Below are positions 1 to 8,477 of a stretch of 64,000 nucleotides of DNA, one piece after another. Position 1 is the stretch's first letter, and each line of letters opens with the position of its first letter. The stretch covers positions 256,001 through 320,000 of the forward strand of contig JAVKJW010000001.1 in assembly GCA_031458695.1 (NCBI GenBank). The letters are read 5' to 3'. The position numbers and the translations under genes were made by a program. This stretch comes from Candidatus Thermofontivivens primus (GTDB lineage: Bacteria > Sysuimicrobiota > Sysuimicrobiia > Sysuimicrobiales > Thermofontiviventaceae). A model generated the notes under the pieces. That model made no database searches and had not been told where the DNA came from. It saw only the letters and a list, made by a program, of their open reading frames with translations.

Positions 1-1
1 C

Positions 2-574
2 CACCCAGGACGCGTGGAGGAGATCCTGGCAAGCGAGGCTATTGACCCCATCCGGCCCCGGATCATGGTGGCCGCTCGCCCCTGGGGAGGGGACTTCCTC
101 CCAGGCTTCCTGGAGGGCCTCCGGGAGGCCTCCAACCGGCTCGATGCGCTCGTTGTCTTCCTCCCAATGCACCGGGCCTATGATCTCTCTCTTGCGGAAG
201 AACTGGCTGCGGCGATTGGACCACGAGCGCGGGTCATCCGTGGGATCTATCGGCCTGAAGAGGTCATGGGGCTTGTGGGAGCCATGGACGTCCTGGTAGG
301 CCTCCGGCTTCACGGGCTCATCTTCGCCGTCGCCACAGGAGTGGTACCTATCGGGCTCAGCTACGACCCTAAGGTGGTAAGCCTCCTCAGGGAGGTGGGG
401 GAGGGGTATTCTCTTTCCTTGGCAAGGCTCACTCCTCAGGGTCTCTCCCAGTCCATTGAGCAGGCATGGGCAAATCGGGAGGGGAGCAGGGAGCGCCTGA
501 GGGAAGCAGCTCTCCAGCTCCGGGAGCGTGCCCGAAAGGCTATTGAGCTGACCGTCAACCTGGTACATCCCTAA
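2..574 (+). CDS. csaB: Polysaccharide pyruvyl transferase (CsaB family), C-terminal part, truncated by the window edge
   Basis: The frame is open to the window start. The 'GLRLHGLIFA' and 'GLSYDPKV' motifs are typical of the CsaB/PS_pyruv_trans C-terminus. Confidence 0.8.
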   Translation, partial: HPGRVEEILASEAIDPIRPRIMVAARPWGGDFLPGFLEGLREASNRLDALVVFLPMHRAYDLSLAEELAAAIGPRARVIRGIYRPEEVMGLVGAMDVLVGLRLHGLIFAVATGVVPIGLSYDPKVVSLLREVGEGYSLSLARLTPQGLSQSIEQAWANREGSRERLREAALQLRERARKAIELTVNLVHP

Positions 575-657
575 CCCTCGTCGTTCCACGGGGAACCCCT
601 GGCACATATCGAAAGATCCTCTGGGTACCTACCGTTCACTCCTCCTCAGGGGACAGG

Positions 658-683
658 AGGAATTTGATAAGCAAATATGGAAT
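658..683 (+). promoter_or_regulatory. SigH-like promoter of spoVS
   Basis: AGGA(ATT) at 658, an 18-nt spacer, then GAAT(T) at 680, in an AT-rich patch. This matches the Bacillus sigma-H consensus. Confidence 0.55.
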
Positions 684-726
684 TTACTTCAAACAACGGT
701 TGCGGCAGCGCAGGGAGGGAGCCACC

Positions 727-990
727 ATGCCCGAGGTCCTTAAGGTCTCAGCAGACTCCAAGCCTAAAGCCGTGGCCGGCGCCCTTGCCGCCGTCCTCCG
801 GGAGAAGGGGTCAGTGGAGATCCAAGCGGTGGGCGCGGGAGCTGTCAACCAGGCGGTCAAGGCCATCGCCATCACCCGTGGATACGTCGCACCCAACGGG
901 ATTGACCTGGTCGCGATCCCGGCGTTCACCAAAGTGGAGATCGACGGGGAGGAGCGGACGGCGATCAAGTTCCTGGTTGAAGCGCGCTAA
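727..990 (+). CDS. spoVS: Stage V sporulation protein S
   Basis: MPEVLKVSADSKPKAVAGALA...QAVGAGAVNQAVKAIAI is the SpoVS signature. SD GGAGGG precedes ATG 727. Confidence 0.95.
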   Translation: MPEVLKVSADSKPKAVAGALAAVLREKGSVEIQAVGAGAVNQAVKAIAITRGYVAPNGIDLVAIPAFTKVEIDGEERTAIKFLVEAR

Positions 991-1107
991 TCCCCGACGG
1001 CGCGGCTACCAGATGTGCAAGGGAGTTGGTTGAGGACCTCCAGGCAATATTGTGCGCTGCGCACGCATTTACGATACGCCTGGGGACTTCCTCAGAGGAG
1101 GGGAAGG

Positions 1108-1464
1108 ATGTCCTTCATCCTTGTGCTCTTCTTGGCTGCGGTAGTCGCTTGGTTTGCAACCCAAAACCAAGAACCTGTCTTGATCCGTCTCTTCGGCCCT
1201 TACGTGGTTGCGGTCCAGGTGATCTGGTTAATCCTGGGCTCTGTTGCGGTAGGGGCCCTGATCACCTACGGCTTGGGCCTTAGTCGCGCATCAGGACGGA
1301 GGTCCTCCGCAGATGTTGACCGGAGGCTCCAGGAGCAACAAAAACGGCTAGAGGAACAAGGCCAGAAGCTCAAAGAGATCGAGGCCAAACTCGGAGCGCT
1401 TGAGGAGTCCGTGCGGAGGCAGGAGCAAAAGGCCGCAGAATGGTCGACTCCTACGGGGAGTTAA
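1108..1464 (+). CDS. LapA-family (DUF1049-like) membrane protein with C-terminal coiled coil
   Basis: Two TM segments with the 'FATQN...V.I.LF' pattern, followed by a heptad-rich tail. SD GAGGGG precedes ATG 1108. Confidence 0.7.
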   Translation: MSFILVLFLAAVVAWFATQNQEPVLIRLFGPYVVAVQVIWLILGSVAVGALITYGLGLSRASGRRSSADVDRRLQEQQKRLEEQGQKLKEIEAKLGALEESVRRQEQKAAEWSTPTGS

Positions 1465-2390
1465 AAGTTTTCTTCGGGAGCGCGCATCCTGAGCTCGGCG
1501 AGGAGATCGTTCAGCATCTTGGGATTCCGCCTGGGAAGGTAACTCTCGAGCGGTTTGCCGATGGGGAGATCTACGTCCGGTACCTCGAGAACGCGCGCGG
1601 GGTAGACGCCTTCCTGATCCAGCCCACCTGTCATCCCGTCAACGAGAATCTCATGGAGTTGCTCATTATGATCGACGCGCTCCGCCGGGCATCGGCGGGG
1701 CGAATTACTGCGGTCATTCCCTACTTCGGGTATGCGCGGAAGGACAAGAAGGACGCCCCCCGAGAACCCATCACAGGGAGGCTGGTGAGCGACCTCCTCG
1801 TCTGTGCTGGGGCGCAGAGGATCCTCACCATCGACCTCCATGCGGAACAGATCGAGGGCTTCTTTAACATCCCCGTAGATCACCTCCGGGCGCTCCCCTT
1901 GTTCAGCAGGTACCTTTCCGAGAAAGCACTGGACCAAGCCGTTGTCGTCGCCCCCGACGACGGGGCAGTCAAGCGGGCAAAGGAGCTTGCTGACCGGTTG
2001 AACCTCCCCCTTGCCCTGATCTTCCAGCGTAGGACCTCCTCCGGCAGCAAAGAGCCGGTGCAGGTCGTCGGGGAGGTGGAGGGGAGGATCCCTATTCTCA
2101 TTGAGGACATCATCTCAACTGCGGAGACCGTTACCATCGCCGTTGATGTGCTCATGGAGCGCCATGCCCGTCCTGAGGTGTATATCTGTGCAACCCACCC
2201 GGTTCTCGCAGGCCCGGCCGTAGAGCGCCTGAACCGCGAGGAGATCCGGGAGGTCATTGTGACGAACACCATCCCCATCCCCCCGCACAAGCGGTTCCCG
2301 CAGCTGGTGGTCCTCTCTGCCGCACCCTTGCTAGCCGATGCGATCCAGCGCATCCACGAGCACCGGTCCGTCAGTGCCCTCTTTACATGA
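1440..2390 (+). CDS. prs: Ribose-phosphate pyrophosphokinase (divergent catalytic motifs)
   Basis: FADGE, ELLIMIDALRRASA, PYFGYAR, DLHA and THPVL motifs are present. The canonical DKRR reads FQRR. Confidence 0.9.
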   Translation: MVDSYGELKVFFGSAHPELGEEIVQHLGIPPGKVTLERFADGEIYVRYLENARGVDAFLIQPTCHPVNENLMELLIMIDALRRASAGRITAVIPYFGYARKDKKDAPREPITGRLVSDLLVCAGAQRILTIDLHAEQIEGFFNIPVDHLRALPLFSRYLSEKALDQAVVVAPDDGAVKRAKELADRLNLPLALIFQRRTSSGSKEPVQVVGEVEGRIPILIEDIISTAETVTIAVDVLMERHARPEVYICATHPVLAGPAVERLNREEIREVIVTNTIPIPPHKRFPQLVVLSAAPLLADAIQRIHEHRSVSALFT

Positions 2391-2519
2391 ACGCGCCGAA
2401 TTCCCTGCATCCAGATCCTCCTGCAATCGGTTAAGGACCTCTCCTGAAATCACAAGGTCACAGAATTTGTAGGGGAGCCCATCGCCCCTTGTAGAAGCGA
2501 GGACAAGGTGAGGGAGTGG

Positions 2520-2548
2520 TTGTCTTTCCCCGCTCCATGGTGTATCTT
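2520..2548 (+). promoter_or_regulatory. Sigma70-type promoter of gltX
   Basis: TTGTCT-N17-TATCTT, 23 nt upstream of the GTG start. Confidence 0.5.
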
Positions 2549-2571
2549 GGGAGACAAGAAGGAGGGGTTTT

Positions 2572-4080
2572 GTGAACACCGTCCGGACGCGGTTTGCCCC
2601 AAGCCCCACCGGATACCTCCACGTGGGCGGAGCGTGGACAGCCTTCTTCAACTGGCTCTTCGCCCGCCATCACGGGGGCCGGTTCATCCTGCGGATTGAG
2701 GACACTGACCGCAGCCGGTCCACGGAAGAGATGGTGGAGGCTATCCTGGAGGACTTCCGCTGGCTCGGGATCACCTGGGACGAGGGCCCGGATGTGGGAG
2801 GTCCCTATGGTCCATACCGCCAGACGGAGCGAATGGCCATTTACCAGGAGTATGCCAGGAAGCTCCTGGAGCGAGGGCACGCCTACTACTGCTATTGCAC
2901 TCCGGAAGAGCTTGAGGCGGAACGACACAAGGCCCAGGCGGAGCACCGGCCGTACCGCTACTCCGGTCGGTGCCGGTCCCTCTCCTCCAAGGAGGTCGCC
3001 CGGTTCGAGGCAGAGGGGCGGCGTCCCACCATCCGGTTGCGTGTCCGAGATTACGGGGAGACCATCGTGGTGCACGATCTGATCCGGGGAGAAGTGGTAT
3101 TCTCCCCTGAACACCTCGATGACTATATCATTGTGCGTTCGGACGGTACTCCTCTCTATAACTTCGCGAACGTAATCGATGACCACACCATGGCCATCAC
3201 CCACGTCATCCGGGCCGAGGAGCACCTCTCCAACACTCCCAAGCAGCTCCTCATCTACCGAGCCTTCGACTGGACTCCTCCCCAGGTCGCCCACCTGCCC
3301 ATGCTCCTTGGGCCTGATCGGTCCAAGCTGAGCAAGCGCCATGGAGCCACGGCGGTACGACAGTACCGGGAGGAGGGGTTCCTTCCTGAGGCGATCCTCA
3401 ATTACCTCGCCCTCCTCGGATGGTATCCAGAGGAGGATCGAGAGATCTACTCCCTAGAGGAACTGATCGCGCGCTTCCATCTGGAGGACGTGGGGAAGAG
3501 CCCGTCGGTATTCGATTACCAAAAGCTCGTCTGGATGAACGGCGTGTATATGCGGAAGCTGATGCACGAAGACCGCGCAAAGGTCCTCGCCCTTGTTGAG
3601 GAGACCCTGAAGCGGGAAGGGCTTTTACCGGAGGCGGTCGATCCTGCCACACGCGAGTACATCGCCAGGGTCGTGGAGGTCCTTGGGGATCGGATCAAGG
3701 TGGGGAGGGATGTCCTGCGGTACGGGGACTTCTTCTTCACCGAGCCAACCTACGATCCGGAGGCGGTGCGCACCTACCTGTGTGGCGAGGAGATTCCAGG
3801 CTATCTCTCCCGTCTGGAGGAGGAGTTCGCGAGGTGCCAAGAGTTTGACCGCGCGACCGTGGAACAGATCGTTCGCTCCCTAGCCGCGGAGTTACAGGTT
3901 TCCAGCAGGGTCCTCATCCACCCGCTCCGGGTGGCCCTCACCGGCAAGACCATCGGACCAGGTCTGTTCGAGTTGATGGAACTTCTCGGCCGTCACCGTG
4001 TCCTCCAGCGCCTCCAGAGGACGAGGGAGATGCTCAAGGGAGGGCTAACGGCTTCCACTGGCTCGTCTCCATGTTCCTGA
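2572..4080 (+). CDS. gltX: Glutamate--tRNA ligase
   Basis: RFAPSPTGYLHVGG (HIGH motif), LRIEDTD, KLSKR (KMSKS motif) and a CYC zinc motif. Confidence 0.97.
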   Translation: MNTVRTRFAPSPTGYLHVGGAWTAFFNWLFARHHGGRFILRIEDTDRSRSTEEMVEAILEDFRWLGITWDEGPDVGGPYGPYRQTERMAIYQEYARKLLERGHAYYCYCTPEELEAERHKAQAEHRPYRYSGRCRSLSSKEVARFEAEGRRPTIRLRVRDYGETIVVHDLIRGEVVFSPEHLDDYIIVRSDGTPLYNFANVIDDHTMAITHVIRAEEHLSNTPKQLLIYRAFDWTPPQVAHLPMLLGPDRSKLSKRHGATAVRQYREEGFLPEAILNYLALLGWYPEEDREIYSLEELIARFHLEDVGKSPSVFDYQKLVWMNGVYMRKLMHEDRAKVLALVEETLKREGLLPEAVDPATREYIARVVEVLGDRIKVGRDVLRYGDFFFTEPTYDPEAVRTYLCGEEIPGYLSRLEEEFARCQEFDRATVEQIVRSLAAELQVSSRVLIHPLRVALTGKTIGPGLFELMELLGRHRVLQRLQRTREMLKGGLTASTGSSPCS

Positions 4081-4255
4081 TCCAAAAGGGAACCCAGGGG
4101 AGGTCTTCTCCTCTTGGCCAGGGTACTGCGTTCTCGGCGAGAGGAGTAGTATAATAGGAAGTGGAGCCGCATTGCTCCTTGGTGCGGGGGTCGGAAGGCT
4201 CCATGGGCTCCACTGGTTCCCAGTGGGGACTTCCCTATCAGGGAGGTGAGGAGCA

Positions 4256-4606
4256 ATGATCTGGGCCAACGTGGTGAACGGACTCATTGGCATCTGGTTC
4301 ATTATTGCGCCCTTCGTGCTCCGCTTCACCAATCAGCCCGCGGCGATGTGGACGAGCATCATCGCCGGATTGATCCTGGCGGTCCTTGCCGGAGCAGCGG
4401 TCTTCAATGAGCAGGCGCGGAGGCAGACCTGGATCCAGTATGTGAACGGGCTGCTTGGGATTTGGTACATCATCTCCCCCTTCGTGCTGGGGTTCACCGG
4501 CCAGCCCGTCATGCTCTGGATCTACCTGATCGGCGGCGTGGTTGTCCTGGTCCTGGCAGCATGGCTTGCCTTTAGCGTCCTGCCCAAGGTCGCCCCCACC
4601 CGCTGA
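4256..4606 (+). CDS. SPW-repeat integral membrane protein
   Basis: Two internal repeats, 'W..VNGLIGIWFIIAPFVL.FT.QP' and 'W..VNGLLGIWYIISPFVL.FT.QP', giving four TM helices. SD GAGGAG is present. Confidence 0.75.
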   Translation: MIWANVVNGLIGIWFIIAPFVLRFTNQPAAMWTSIIAGLILAVLAGAAVFNEQARRQTWIQYVNGLLGIWYIISPFVLGFTGQPVMLWIYLIGGVVVLVLAAWLAFSVLPKVAPTR

Positions 4607-4665
4607 TCCGAGGACGCGTTCCGGCAAGTGGAATTCCTTCCGGCCCCCGCGCGGAGAGCTGTTTC

Positions 4666-4694
4666 TTGACAGGGCCCCAGAAGGTTTTTATGAT
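4666..4694 (+). promoter_or_regulatory. Sigma70-type promoter of tRNA-Gln
   Basis: TTGACA-N17-TATGAT. Confidence 0.75.
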
Positions 4695-4774
4695 AGGAAA
4701 GGCCGGAGACGGGCATTGTCTACGGGAAGGCACGTCGCCGAGCCTCGTTTCTCATCTGCCCTCCCAAAAGGCGC

Positions 4775-4848
4775 TGGGGGATCGTCTAACGGTAGGACGA
4801 CGGGCTCTGGACCCGTTGGCGGAGGTTCGAATCCTCCTCCCCCAGCCA
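4775..4848 (+). tRNA. tRNA-Gln(CTG)
   Basis: Acceptor stem TGGGGGA/TCCCCCA, anticodon arm ACGGG-CT-CTG-GA-CCCGT, T-loop GTTCGAATC, and encoded CCA. Confidence 0.96.
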
Positions 4849-5032
4849 GAAATCCATTTTTAGACTTCCTCTTCATATTCATACCGCAACCCTCTCTTCG
4901 CCTTCACACAATCGCTTGCCGACCCTTCTCCTCATTCGGTGTCCAGCTCGCGTTTCCGCACTCAAGATACGGTTAGGGAAAAGCTTGACTGCTTGGGATG
5001 GCTCCTCTCTGCCCTTTCTCGGCTGATTGCAT

Positions 5033-5063
5033 TCTTGACATCAAGAGTAAAGATTGCTATGTT
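5033..5063 (+). promoter_or_regulatory. Sigma70-type promoter of the sulfur operon with an overlapping palindromic operator candidate
   Basis: TTGACA (5035)-N17-TATGTT (5058). The inverted repeat TCTTGA-CA-TCAAGA (5033-5046) covers the -35 box. Confidence 0.6.
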
Positions 5064-5168
5064 ATGGAAAAGCCATCATGAGGAATGATGGGTTTCTTCG
5101 CAGGCCACGTGAATGTATCTGTCCCCCGCGGAGGGCGGTGGGATGTGCTTCCCCTCCGCTTTGAAGCT

Positions 5169-5201
5169 CCAGCGAAATCTTTTCTAGCAAGATTTCGCTG
5201 G
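5169..5201. repeat. REP-like extragenic palindrome
   Basis: Perfect 13-bp stem CCAGCGAAATCTT/AAGATTTCGCTGG. Its right arm recurs at 35502. Confidence 0.7.
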
Positions 5202-5375
5202 GGACCCCGGTCTCTCCACCCTACAAAATACCTGCATTTTGTGGGGAGAGGGCAAACATCGCGTAGTCTATCTCCGGGGACCTTCATCCGTTGAGGGAGC
5301 AATCCTGCACGTCCTCCGCAAGAGCTCTCCTCCCTTCACTTCTCCTTCCTCATGAATTCATCCAAGGAGGGAACG

Positions 5376-6281
5376 ATGATGCGCTTGGGGATCCTTGCGA
5401 AGGTCTTGACTGCATTGCTGGTTGTCCACTTGGCTTTTTCGGCACTCGCGAGTGCCGAGGAATATGCCCATCCAGAGGTCCTTGTGGATGTTCGATGGGT
5501 GGTCGCGAACCTCCGGAATCCTGCCGTGCGGGTCTTAGACGTGAGCAGCGAGCGGAATGTCTACTTGGCGGGGCATCTTCCTGGTGCAGTCTATGTAGAT
5601 CCGGTGAGTGACCTCACCAACCCGCAGCACCGGGTGCGCGGGATGGCCCTCAACAAGGTGCAGTTCCAGACACTCATGCGGAGGTTAGGGATCCGCAACG
5701 GCGATACGGTTGTCCTCTACGACGATGCGAGCAACCTCTGGGCTGCGCGGGCTTTCTGGGTGTTCAAGCTCTACCGCCACGAGAAGGTCGTTCTCCTCAA
5801 CGGCGGCTCGAAGAGGTGGGTTGGGGAAGGACAGCCTCTCGTGAAAGATGTACCTCGTTTCACTCCCTCAACCTATGTGGCGAAGGACCCGGATCATACC
5901 ATCGTAGCGACGTGGGATTACATTGTGCGCAAACTCGGAAAAGGGGAGACGCTCCTGTGCGACGCGCGGAGCCCCAAGGAGTATGCTGGGCTCGATGTCC
6001 GCTCAGCCCGAGGAGGGCGCATCCCAGGGGCGATCAATGTGGAGTGGCGCCTTGCCGTGAACCCTGATGGAACCTTCAAATCCCGTGCCGAGCTGGAGGT
6101 TCTCTACCAGAAGGCTGGGTTCTCCCGGGATCGGGAGATCATCACCTACTGCCAGACGGGTGTCCGGGCCGCTCATACCTGGTTTGTCTTGAAGTACCTG
6201 CTGGGATATCCCAGGGTGCGCAACTATGATGGGTCCTGGGAGGAATGGGGAAACCGAACGGACTTGCCTGTGGAACGGTGA
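5376..6281 (+). CDS. Exported two-domain sulfurtransferase (rhodanese)
   Basis: Sec signal ending ASA, then GHLPGAV, LLNGG, active-site YCQTGVRA and the C-terminal YDGSWEEW rhodanese signature. SD AAGGAGG. Confidence 0.9.
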   Translation: MMRLGILAKVLTALLVVHLAFSALASAEEYAHPEVLVDVRWVVANLRNPAVRVLDVSSERNVYLAGHLPGAVYVDPVSDLTNPQHRVRGMALNKVQFQTLMRRLGIRNGDTVVLYDDASNLWAARAFWVFKLYRHEKVVLLNGGSKRWVGEGQPLVKDVPRFTPSTYVAKDPDHTIVATWDYIVRKLGKGETLLCDARSPKEYAGLDVRSARGGRIPGAINVEWRLAVNPDGTFKSRAELEVLYQKAGFSRDREIITYCQTGVRAAHTWFVLKYLLGYPRVRNYDGSWEEWGNRTDLPVER

Positions 6282-6287
6282 GGGAAG

Positions 6288-7472
6288 ATGACACTGGCAG
6301 GGGTTGTTCTCCTGGCCCTCGCTGGAGTTGCGGGAATCCTGCTCACCGAGGTGGGACGGGAGGTCGGTCTCTTCTGGGCCTTCGGCCTTGCCTTTGGGTT
6401 TGTCCTCCAGCGGAGTCGGTTCTGCTTTGCTTCAGCGTTTCGTGATCTCTTTCTTTTCGGGTCAGGCCGCATCATGAAGGGGATCCTGGCTGGGATGGCA
6501 GTTGCTACCCTCGGGTTCGCCGTGCTGATGTCGAAGATGGTGCCCAATCCATTGCCAGGCGTGATAGCCCCGGAGGCGCACGTGGTGCCCGTGGGGATCC
6601 ACCTCATCCTGGGTGGCATCCTGTTTGGATTTGGCATGGTCCAAGCAGGAGGGTGTATTTCAGGCTCCCTATACAGGATAGGCGAGGGCTACGTCGCTTC
6701 CTGGGTTGCGTTTGGGGGGATCCTCGGAGGCTTGGGGCTGGCTTTGCACTCCTGGAACTGGTGGTGGCGATTCCACATTGGCCGTGCGCCTATGATCTGG
6801 ATCCCCTCATTCGCCGGGTACGCAGGTGCCACAATCCTGACACTGTTCCTCCTCCTCTGCGCCTATCTCCTGATTCTCTGGTGGGAGTCCACGAAAGGAG
6901 TGATCCTCCCAGAGGTGCCAGCGGGAGCAAAAGGGACCGACTTCCTCCATCGCCTCCAGGATTTGTGGGAGAAGGTCTTCCGCCGGGGCTGGCCTGTTGT
7001 GACAGGCGGGGTTACGCTGGGGGTGCTGAACATTCTCCTTTACGTTGCCCACATGCCCTGGGGAATTACTGGGGAAATCTCGCGGTGGGCCGCCGGGTTC
7101 TCACGCCTTGCTGGGTTTCCCCCACCCGCGCTCTTGGGTGTGGATCAGCTAGCCGGATGTACCCTCACCCTTGGAGGGAACAGGCTCATCACCCACACCC
7201 TGACCCTCGACGTGGGCATGGTGGCTGGCTCGCTCATAGGCGCGCTCCTCGCCGGGGAGTTCCGGATCCGTATCCCTCCGCATCCCCGTCGCTATGCCCA
7301 GGCGATACTTGGGGGGATCCTGATGGGATACGGGGCCGGGATTGCCATGGGATGCACCATTGGAGCGTTCTTCTCTGCGATCCCCTCGCTGGGGCTGAAC
7401 GGGTGGGTATTCGGCCTGTCCCTCTTGGCAGGAGCATATGGAGGCGTGCAGGTATTGAAGCGGATCCCTTAA
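6288..7472 (+). CDS. YeeE/YedE-family sulfur-compound (thiosulfate-type) transporter
   Basis: QRSRFCF, AGGCISG and AMGCTIG cysteine motifs in a multi-TM protein. Confidence 0.9.
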   Translation: MTLAGVVLLALAGVAGILLTEVGREVGLFWAFGLAFGFVLQRSRFCFASAFRDLFLFGSGRIMKGILAGMAVATLGFAVLMSKMVPNPLPGVIAPEAHVVPVGIHLILGGILFGFGMVQAGGCISGSLYRIGEGYVASWVAFGGILGGLGLALHSWNWWWRFHIGRAPMIWIPSFAGYAGATILTLFLLLCAYLLILWWESTKGVILPEVPAGAKGTDFLHRLQDLWEKVFRRGWPVVTGGVTLGVLNILLYVAHMPWGITGEISRWAAGFSRLAGFPPPALLGVDQLAGCTLTLGGNRLITHTLTLDVGMVAGSLIGALLAGEFRIRIPPHPRRYAQAILGGILMGYGAGIAMGCTIGAFFSAIPSLGLNGWVFGLSLLAGAYGGVQVLKRIP

Positions 7473-7487
7473 AAGGAGGTGCCAGGA

Positions 7488-7733
7488 ATGAAGCTGGACG
7501 TGCGGGGCGAGGTCTGTCCCTATCCCATGATGAAGGCCCTCGAGGCGATGCGCCAATTGCCCGAAGGGGAACTCCTGGAGGTCCTGACGGATCACCCGCC
7601 TTCTCTTGAGACCATTCCTCCCCTGGCGAACCAGCTGGGGTTTGCCTGGAAGATCGTGGAGAAGGGAAGGGGGCAGTGGGCCATCCTCATTGCCCGCGAG
7701 GCCGGGATCATCGAGGAAGCTTTACACGCTTGA
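7488..7733 (+). CDS. TusA/YeeD-family sulfur carrier protein
   Basis: LDVRGEVCPYP motif. SD AGGAGG lies 8 nt before ATG 7488. Confidence 0.9.
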   Translation: MKLDVRGEVCPYPMMKALEAMRQLPEGELLEVLTDHPPSLETIPPLANQLGFAWKIVEKGRGQWAILIAREAGIIEEALHA

Positions 7734-7808
7734 GGTTGCGGACAAAGCGTTCTTGGCTTACAGTGTATGGGGAACAGGACGCAAGACCAGATCCGCTCGG
7801 GAGGGAGA

Positions 7809-8477
7809 ATGCGCAGGGCGGGACGGCCATTTCTCTTCATCACCTGTCACGAGCTCAAGGAGATGCTTGGGCGGACAGCCTGGGATGAGCGGGAGCTCCT
7901 GGACGGGATCGAGGAGGTTCCTGCAGATTCGCTCTATTATCACACCCTCAGCTACTTCCTCCGCAGCAAGTACCTGGCGAGCCCTTATCCCAATGACTTC
8001 GCCACTTGGGCCGCGATCCAGGTACGGGACCGCGTTCTCGGGGAGCGCTTGGCCGTCGTGGATCCCTTCGATTACGAGGATATCGAGTCGCTTCGATCGG
8101 AACTCATTACCATCATCGACGACCACCTCGCCTCCCTTCCCACTATCCCCCGAGTCGTGTATGGCGAGCCCTTCCACTTCATGCGCTCGACCATCATCGA
8201 GATTCCCACAGGGATCGAGGCCCGTAGCCTCCGGGAGTTTCGTGACGGCGTCCAGGCGGTCGATCTGGGAGCCATCTTCTACCACTTCTTTGGCGTGGTG
8301 CGGCGCAAGAACTCCCGTCACGTGGATCCCATCGTGTGGCTGGAGGAGGAGCTCGACCTCCCGGACCTTGCTGGGCGGATCCGACGGATGAATCCATACG
8401 TGAGCAGCCTTGTTGGCTTCCGCACAAGGCTTCTCGCTGTGCTGGACCATGTTCTGGAGGAAGTCGGCGATGCCTGA
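7809..8477 (+). CDS. DUF5752-like protein (TreT-associated)
   Basis: Duplicated unit 'ELLDGIEEV..DSLYYH' / 'EFRDGVQAV..GAIFYH' and NDFATW. It overlaps the treT start. Confidence 0.65.
   Translation: MRRAGRPFLFITCHELKEMLGRTAWDERELLDGIEEVPADSLYYHTLSYFLRSKYLASPYPNDFATWAAIQVRDRVLGERLAVVDPFDYEDIESLRSELITIIDDHLASLPTIPRVVYGEPFHFMRSTIIEIPTGIEARSLREFRDGVQAVDLGAIFYHFFGVVRRKNSRHVDPIVWLEEELDLPDLAGRIRRMNPYVSSLVGFRTRLLAVLDHVLEEVGDA

Noticed and set aside
727..990. spoVS as evidence of sporulation
   Set aside because: SpoVS also occurs in non-sporulating lineages, and no other sporulation genes are in the window.
5260..5375. Moco or SAM riboswitch before the rhodanese
   Set aside because: Only fragments (CTCCG, CCTCCC, AAGGAG) resemble the Moco motif. 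The diagnostic core elements of either class are absent.
6279..7733. Selenocysteine readthrough in the sulfur operon
   Set aside because: The TGA stops fall at natural protein ends and the catalytic positions are ordinary Cys codons.
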